NCBI GenBank assembly: GCA_002269645.1
Contig: NIVC01002383.1
Span: forward strand, 1 to 64,000
Length of the DNA: 64,000 bases
Reading direction: 5' to 3'
Origin: Macrostomum lignano
Taxonomy: Eukaryota
The notes under the pieces were generated by a model. The model was not told the origin of the DNA and searched no databases. It worked only from the letters and a program-made list of their open reading frames with translations. Shown here piece by piece: positions 53,416 to 64,000 of the stretch (positions are counted from its first letter, which is position 1; every line of letters starts with the position of its first letter). The position numbers and the translations under genes are program-made.

Positions 53416-53801
53416 ACAGACTGGCCGGTCGGATAGGACAGGTAATGGATCAGGCGGACCCGCCCGTTGGACTTGGGAAGGGCACCGATGGGGTTGATTT
53501 TGATCGGGCCGCTCCATTGGATGTACCTCCCAAGGCGCAGCTCCTCCTCGACCTGGGCTTCCACAGCAGAGCGGTGCAGCAGGGCGGAGGCGTGGTTCTT
53601 GGACGAAGTCAAAGGTGGCTGGCCAGCATTGGTGAGAGCGAAACCGTTGACGACGCCTTGCATCAGAAAGTCGCGGTCTGAGTCGTCGCTGAGCAGAGCA
53701 CCCCAGGCGTCAGGTTGCAGGTCAGACGAGATGGGCAGCGAAGAAGTAAAAGCAGAAAAATCGGAATTAAAAGCAGAGCAGTCAGCTGGATAAAATGGCA
53801 T
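53416..53801 (-). pseudogene. N-terminal fragment of Ngaro/DIRS-type reverse transcriptase
   Basis: DAWGALL..DRDFLMQGVVNGF..KNHASA..VEAQVEEELRLGRY..NPIGALPKSNGRVRLIHYLSYPTGQSV; homology stops there, followed by unrelated sequence and (TTG)n. Confidence 0.72.
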
Positions 53802-54916
53802 CAGTTTTTTGCACTCGCACCGGTCACGTGACCCGGCAGCTGTCCGGTGAGTAATGACTGCGGCGACTGCGTGTGAGCGTGAGCCGGGTGCGCTGCCAGG
53901 CAGCCTTGGATTTTGCAGACGTAGCGGAACTTGCAGTTCTGGCGGTTGCATCCGGACTCGCAGTTGAAGCGCAGACAGATCGGCCTGGTTGCTGCCGGGA
54001 TTTGCTGCTGGCTGGGCTGCTTAGCGAACGTGAACCGCAGGTTTCTGGGGGCGTTGAGGTGCTTGTGGTACAACTGAGGGGGCTCCTCACCCCACGCCAT
54101 GCCCGACTCCGCAACCAGCCTCCGGTAGTCCTCGTCAAACTCCCAGATTACGGACTCCGGGTAGTCAGCAGCCAGCAGCTCTCCAATCTTGCGATTGTAG
54201 TCAAGGTAGCCAAGGACGTCAGTCAGGAGACCATCAGTGCTTCCAGCAGCCGCCGGGAGTTTTTCCTTGATCAGCTTTTGCAAGATGATCGAGTTGGCCG
54301 CGATCCACTGACCAGCAGAGATACTAGACAGCTTCGGCTCCTGCTTTCTGAATGTGAGCGAGCCATTCTCCATAGTGGCGATCAACTGCTCCTGACTGGC
54401 TGAGCCGGGTCCTCTGGCTAGCTTGATGTGGTCTCTGACTGGATGCAACTTGCGAGTCGGAGCCTGGCAATTAGCGGCCTGAAGCTGAGCCGCCTCCCTC
54501 ATCCCAGATTCAAAAACCTCGGGCAACTGCAGACTGGCATGTGCGTTATGCTCACCTGATGATGATGCTGGCTGGGGCTGAGCCGTCAAGCGCTGCTGAG
54601 TGTGAAGCTGTTGCTGAAGATCCCGACGACGGCCTTCCAGGACTTGCAGTTCGAGCAGCTCCACCTCCTGCCGCAGCGCAGCCAGCCGGTCGCTCCCCGC
54701 CCCCGGAGGCGCCTCGCCCGCGCTGCCGATGCCGTCTTCGGCGTCCGGAGCAGAAGTCATCTCGGAGTTGTTGAAGTCTTCGTCAGGTTGCTCTAAACCG
54801 AGTGCAGTAGACAAGCGCTTGGCAAGCTGTTGTTTGCGGCCCGTAGTAGGCAGGCCTCTGTTTCGCAGCTCAGCCTTGAGTTGGCGCACGTTTAGTCGCT
54901 TTGGGCTGGCACTCAT
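53801..54916 (-). CDS. Gag-like ORF1 (371 aa) with N-terminal SAP domain, coiled coil and C-terminal Cys/His finger
   Basis: LNVRQLKAELRNRGLPTTGRKQQLAKRL fits the SAP consensus; CLRFNCESGCNRQNCKFRYVCKIQGCLAAHPAHAH resembles Ngaro ORF1 zinc fingers. Confidence 0.75.
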   Translation of the reverse strand: MSASPKRLNVRQLKAELRNRGLPTTGRKQQLAKRLSTALGLEQPDEDFNNSEMTSAPDAEDGIGSAGEAPPGAGSDRLAALRQEVELLELQVLEGRRRDLQQQLHTQQRLTAQPQPASSSGEHNAHASLQLPEVFESGMREAAQLQAANCQAPTRKLHPVRDHIKLARGPGSASQEQLIATMENGSLTFRKQEPKLSSISAGQWIAANSIILQKLIKEKLPAAAGSTDGLLTDVLGYLDYNRKIGELLAADYPESVIWEFDEDYRRLVAESGMAWGEEPPQLYHKHLNAPRNLRFTFAKQPSQQQIPAATRPICLRFNCESGCNRQNCKFRYVCKIQGCLAAHPAHAHTQSPQSLLTGQLPGHVTGASAKN

Positions 54917-56049
54917 GGCGGTGGCTGAGCAAAAAAATTGAGAAATGGCGGCGGAGCCAAGCCGGGCCGGGTGCAGAGGCTTTAAGCTGGCCGGCGCGGC
55001 CAACACCCCCACACCTCAACCCCCCGCCAAAGTACAGCGATATGTACAGCGGCACCCTCTGGCGCGTCTAACACCCCTTACTCAGAGAGTAACGATTGCA
55101 ATCATTATCGATGGGCATCCTGAAAGTATAAACTCTCAGAGTAGAAAAGTATTCAGCATTTGTAATTTATAATTGGTCCCCTTTTCTGGCGAATTGGAGA
55201 CAAAAGGGGGAGACAAAATACTACTCCCAGTAGTAAATACGCCTAGTTCGATAAATTAAATATCTGGAGACAAGCTCATAGTTGAAAAATAAACTACACG
55301 AGGTAGATGTACGTAGATTATCCAGCTGACTCAAAAGAGATCACTTTGATTCTACTGGATATGGCGGCCTTTATAGAAACTTTGACGTTGAACTCCACAT
55401 GCACACCCAACAAATGACACTGCCAGGTATATTGTGATTGTGACGATATTAAAGTACTTTAATCCAATTTTTAAGTAGAATCTCCATACTTCGCATATAA
55501 ATCCTGCTTCAGTGCTTTAATTGAAATTATACACTAAAAGGCTTGTATAATTCTATGAAGGAAGTCGCGGACCATGCGGTGCAGGACTGTGAAAAATTTC
55601 CCGCTAAGAAATGGTTGGAGAAATTCTCAGCTTTCAATATTCGCTCCGATCGATGTTCATTTGAAACGGATGGAAATTAATGGTTTTTAAAGGTAAAGAA
55701 GCAGCCGTAGAAGAACTCTTGTTGAAGTTTCGTATGAACAGACAGATATAGCTATATAGTAGTCAAAGTACATGTACTAACCTTTGTAGATTTTAGAGAT
55801 TCCTTTTTGGCATATATCTTATAAGTACTCGCGTATAATTATTTCCAACCAATGAGATGGAATTCGTACTATCAATAATAAGAAATTAGAATTTTAACAC
55901 ATTCATTGTAATACGTTAGGTTATCGGTTGAAGAACAAAAAAGTCAATTTTAATCACGAAAACATTTAGCCATCTTCCATATATTTTTTGTTCCACCAAT
56001 AAATGAGAAACTCTATATTTAAAACAAAACTACCGCCATCGTCGCCGTG

Positions 56050-58714
56050 TCACAATAATGGATAGCGGTGTGCCAAAAAACTGAGAAAAGCCAAAAATGA
56101 GAGCGTAGACCGTTTGGACAAACCAGCGACTTTTCGAGCAGACATCTTCTTCCCCTTGCGAGTATTACCGGAACACATGCCCATATAATAGGGCACCTTG
56201 AACTCTTTGGGATACAGCGCCCTCATTTTGTCCACATCCAGTTTGGTCATGGACTGTCGGTTAGCTACGATTTTAGACCCGTCAGATTTCTTGATCATGG
56301 TGTAGGCTCCGTTGCAGGAGAAGTGACAGGAGCCGTAGTGCATGATCGATGCGCTGTCGTAGGTGAGCTTTAGACTCGGGTCCGGCCCATCCATTGTGAT
56401 GTAGTAGTTTGAGCACTCCGATGCTGCAATGTTTTGGGGAAGCAGAGTGACATATTTATCTCGGTCTGGCCGGCACTGCTCGTGATACCGACCCAGAGCG
56501 TGTAGAATCTCGTGCTGGATTGTGCCGAACGGACAGGAGTCCTCGTGAAGCCACACGCGGGTAAACGTTGGCTGCATGCCAACCTCAGCCCGGCACTGTG
56601 ATAAAAAATTAATGAGTATAAGCTAGTATTGTTAAAACTGAATTAAGATGCTATTTATTTGAATTTTGCTAATAAATTTATCATTGATTTTAGGTTTCTT
56701 CCACTGAAACGTAGATCTGCGGCTGAGCTGTCGGTTGCACATCTGGTCCAATTGGGCATTATGTGTTACATGTACATCGAATTCGTCAACAAACTATTCG
56801 TCAACAGACCTAAAGTTTAAGAAATTCGTGGAAATCGAATTCCTCAACAGTTAAAACAAGCTGAGCGAATTCGTCATTCGGCGATCCATACTATGTACAT
56901 AATACCACGTTGTACATAGTTGAGTATATCCAGATACAATTACAAGTATATCAAGAGTCCATCGGGGTATAACGGTTTGTGTGCTGCGTATGCTTTATTA
57001 CACTTTATTGCATCTCTCGAGTGAAGTACGTCACTATAATTCAAATTTAATCCCAAGTTTTGTTTATTTCAACCATTAACAAGGTTTTGAACTTCAGATT
57101 TCAAAATGCGTGCAAAAATAGTTCCGGGAATTTAATATTGGAAATCAGTGGGTTTAAAATCTGCGGGAATTAGCAGCTTGTAAAAAATTAATATCAAATA
57201 AAAACCCTGATCCTCCTTCGTTATCTTACATGTGTCTTTTCAATAGGCTTTTTGTCTTTAAATTTTTAGCGTGTAGCAAATATACTAATAAATAGCGTAC
57301 GTATTTTCAGGTAAACTGAAATTCGTCAACAGTGCATTGTAAGGTAAACCGAATTCGTCAACAGACGTCAAGTTGACGAATTAGATTTTGACGAATTCGG
57401 TGGCACCCTCAATCATTATTATTGTCATGTATACTCTGCGTACGTACGCTCGTATATAAGCGTACGTATCCTATGTTCCGTGTATGCTCAGGGGTCAACA
57501 GAATGGCATGACGGCGTCCCCCTGCGAACGTGTCCTTGCATTTATGACTGTGGATTGCTTTGTCGATTTGAAACTTAGCAGCAACTACAACCCCACTGGA
57601 GACTATGGAATGAGCTAATCCTGTTCAAATTCCATATATGCTTAATTAACATCAGCCAACTTCGTGCCGACTCACCAGTTTGTTCACATCATTAATGATG
57701 TGCATGTAGCCTTTGCGGCAGATTTCACCGCTTGAGGTTTGCGCCGCCTTGAACTCCAAATGCTCCTCGCCAACATTTTCCTGGATAATTTTCATTGCCT
57801 CGAGAATCTTCTTTGAGTAATCGAAGCTGAATGAGGGATCAATCAAGTAGAATATGATGCCGCCAGGCCAGAACTTCATGTTCAAGTTGTAGTTCGGGTC
57901 CAAGGTGTCAGAACTCGCCCGATCGGCCTGTCCCCTGGACGATGGCGGTGGACTCCTGGGAAACACCATGTCGTCAATCACCAGATATTCGGTTCCGTAC
58001 GGGGTTTTTTCGATTTGGCCCATTGAATTTCTGAGGAAATAAATATGGATTGTCTATCAATACATTGTACAGTGACATTCATGAATGTTATATATTTAGC
58101 AAAAAACATATTCATTCAAATACTTTTCTCTTTACCTCAGGAGGGTGTCCTTGATTGGCGGATATCCACCAGTCTGGAATGTATTGTTCAGATAGGATCG
58201 CGGAATTAAAAAAGTTATAAGTTAAACCTTAAATATTCGAGTTAAATATTAATTTAGCTTTAATTAACAAGATACATATATAGTCATTTTAATTTTGTTT
58301 AACAGTATATGCTTTTGGTAATCTTACTCGCAAACAAGCTAACATTTATAACTAGATTTTTTAAAAGTAAAAATTACATATCTTATTAAACTAACAGTTA
58401 TCCGTGACGTTAGAAATGCCTGCATACTTACAGGCTAATGCCTGCAAGGGGACGGACATGGCCCTTCTGCGAAGATCCAATTGATTGTGGCACATAGCTA
58501 AATAACTATAATTATATATTCATTGCTAAGAACTCAAACTTACTGAACTTTTTATGGCAGCCGTGCAACTGCAGCTCTTATTTTGAAAGTATGGGCACTG
58601 GAGATTCTTATTGTTGCTGTTTTTATTGCTTTTGCTAGCGGCCTGATTTACAGGCAACGCCTGCAGACCAACACAACAAGTTGCAGCAACGATTAGCAGA
58701 GTTGGCCACTGCAT
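56050..58714 (-). CDS. Astacin-family (M12A) zinc metalloprotease, paralog A, ~369 aa
   Basis: Exons 58714-58544 (signal peptide MQWPTLLIVAATCCVGLQA), 58173-58136, 58030-57676, 56595-56050 with compatible phases; HEILHALGRYHEQCRPDRD, Met-turn SIMHY, mature start WPGG. The 3' end may instead splice at a GT near 56168. Confidence 0.85.
56775..57408. mobile_element. Degenerate MITE-like element in astacin A intron 3
   Basis: Repeated gaattcgtcaac motifs; right end gttgacgaattagattttgacgaattcggtggcaccc is an imperfect inverse of the left cgaattcgtcaacaaactattcgtcaac. Confidence 0.5.
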
Positions 58715-58978
58715 TGCAGAATTTTTTGCAGCCTTTGAAGACGCCGGCAGCTTCATGGCAGATTCGGCTGCTCATTTTCGAAAAAAATAGACAAAAACAA
58801 CCCCTTTTTTAGGAGCTTCGGTCTGCATTGTGTGCATCTCAAACGAAAATGCGATATCATTCTCCATAGCTGTGCAGAAGTAGCAGAATCAGATTGAGTC
58901 TATGGTCAAATTTTAAAGCACTTTGGACTTTAGGAACTTTGTACTTTCCTATTGTCTGGCGTAACTTTGCAGTAGCTG

Positions 58979-59377
58979 GGTGCTGGCGCCCCTTGGTGCT
59001 GGCGCCCCTTGGTGCTGGCGCCCCTTGGTGCTGGCGCCCCTTGGTGCTGGCGCCCCTTGGTGCTGGCGCCCCTTGGTGCTGGCGCACCTTGGTGCTGGCG
59101 CCCCTTGGTGCTGGCGCCCCTTGGTGCTGGCGCCCCTTGGTGCTGGCGCCCCTTGGTGCTGGCGCCCCTTGGTGCTGGCGCACCTTGGTGCTGGCGCACC
59201 TTGGTGCTGGCGCCCCTTGGTGCTGGCGCACCTTGGTGCTGGCGCCCCTTGGTGCTGGCGCCCCTTGGTGCTGGCGCCCCTTGGTGCTGGCGCCCCTTGG
59301 TGCTGGCGCCCCTTGGTGCTGGCGCCCCTTGGTGCTGGCGCCCCTTGGTGCTGGCGCCCCTTGGTGCTGGCGCCCCT
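58979..59377. repeat. 16-bp minisatellite (GGTGCTGGCGCCCCTT)n, ~25 copies, between the two astacin genes
   Basis: Direct reading; a few copies have gcac instead of gccc. Confidence 0.97.
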
Positions 59378-59406
59378 AGTTTTTTGTAGCTTTTTATCTC
59401 CACAAT

Positions 59407-63719
<4,313 letters not shown>

Positions 63720-64000
63720 CAGCCATAAGATTGTTAAATCTAATCGAATCTAATTTATTTTTCTATTAGTCTTGCTTAGATAATCAGTTGAAAAATGGGG
63801 ACATTATTTTTTGTCTATGGTGAATGATCAGAAAGGAAGTGTTGCTTTAAAAGGATGGGAGGCGTTGGTGATAAGCGTTTGCTTAAATGTGCAATACATA
63901 CGAAATAGAAGGCCTTTCTTGACTTGACGTTTCTTCGGTAGAAAGTCTGGAAACCTCGTGACAATTTTTTTAGAAGTACAGAACTTTGTACTTACTTTTT

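Larger units (their letters stand above)
53416..55100 (-). mobile_element. 3'-truncated tyrosine-recombinase retrotransposon (Ngaro/DIRS group)
   Basis: Gag-like ORF1 followed by an overlapping ORF whose product matches the Ngaro-type RT N-terminus; RT core, RNase H and YR are absent. 5' boundary approximate. Confidence 0.7.

Noticed and set aside
58434-58497. Extra exon in astacin A intron 1
   Set aside because: It has AG/GT borders but an in-frame TAG, and exons 1 and 2 already join in phase.

Overview
Eukaryotic (metazoan) genomic DNA: spliceosomal introns, TTAGGG repeats, GC-rich exons in AT-rich background; a flatworm such as Macrostomum is my guess, not shown by the sequence. The first ~50 kb looks like a complex satellite but reads as a head-to-tail array of Helitron elements, all on the minus strand. 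I count 22 junctions and 21 complete units. Twenty units are non-coding (1.2-3.1 kb) and each carries an internal (TTAGGG)2-5 tract. One 9.1-kb unit (7700-16816) has the same ends and a Rep-PIF1 helicase gene that splices by hand into an intact 9-exon, 1591-aa ORF. Units start 5'-TC...ATACTAAA plus a TG/TGTC microsatellite, and end in a 7-bp-stem hairpin followed by an atypical CTCG. Junction sequences suggest new copies insert into the first bases of older copies. The array runs into a 650-N gap. After it come a decayed non-LTR RT fragment with a MITE inside, a truncated Ngaro/DIRS-type retrotransposon (SAP-domain ORF1, candidate -1 frameshift), and two tandem astacin metalloprotease genes with large intronic and intergenic simple repeats. 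All splicing, alignment and coordinates were done by eye; internal boundaries may be off by a few bases.
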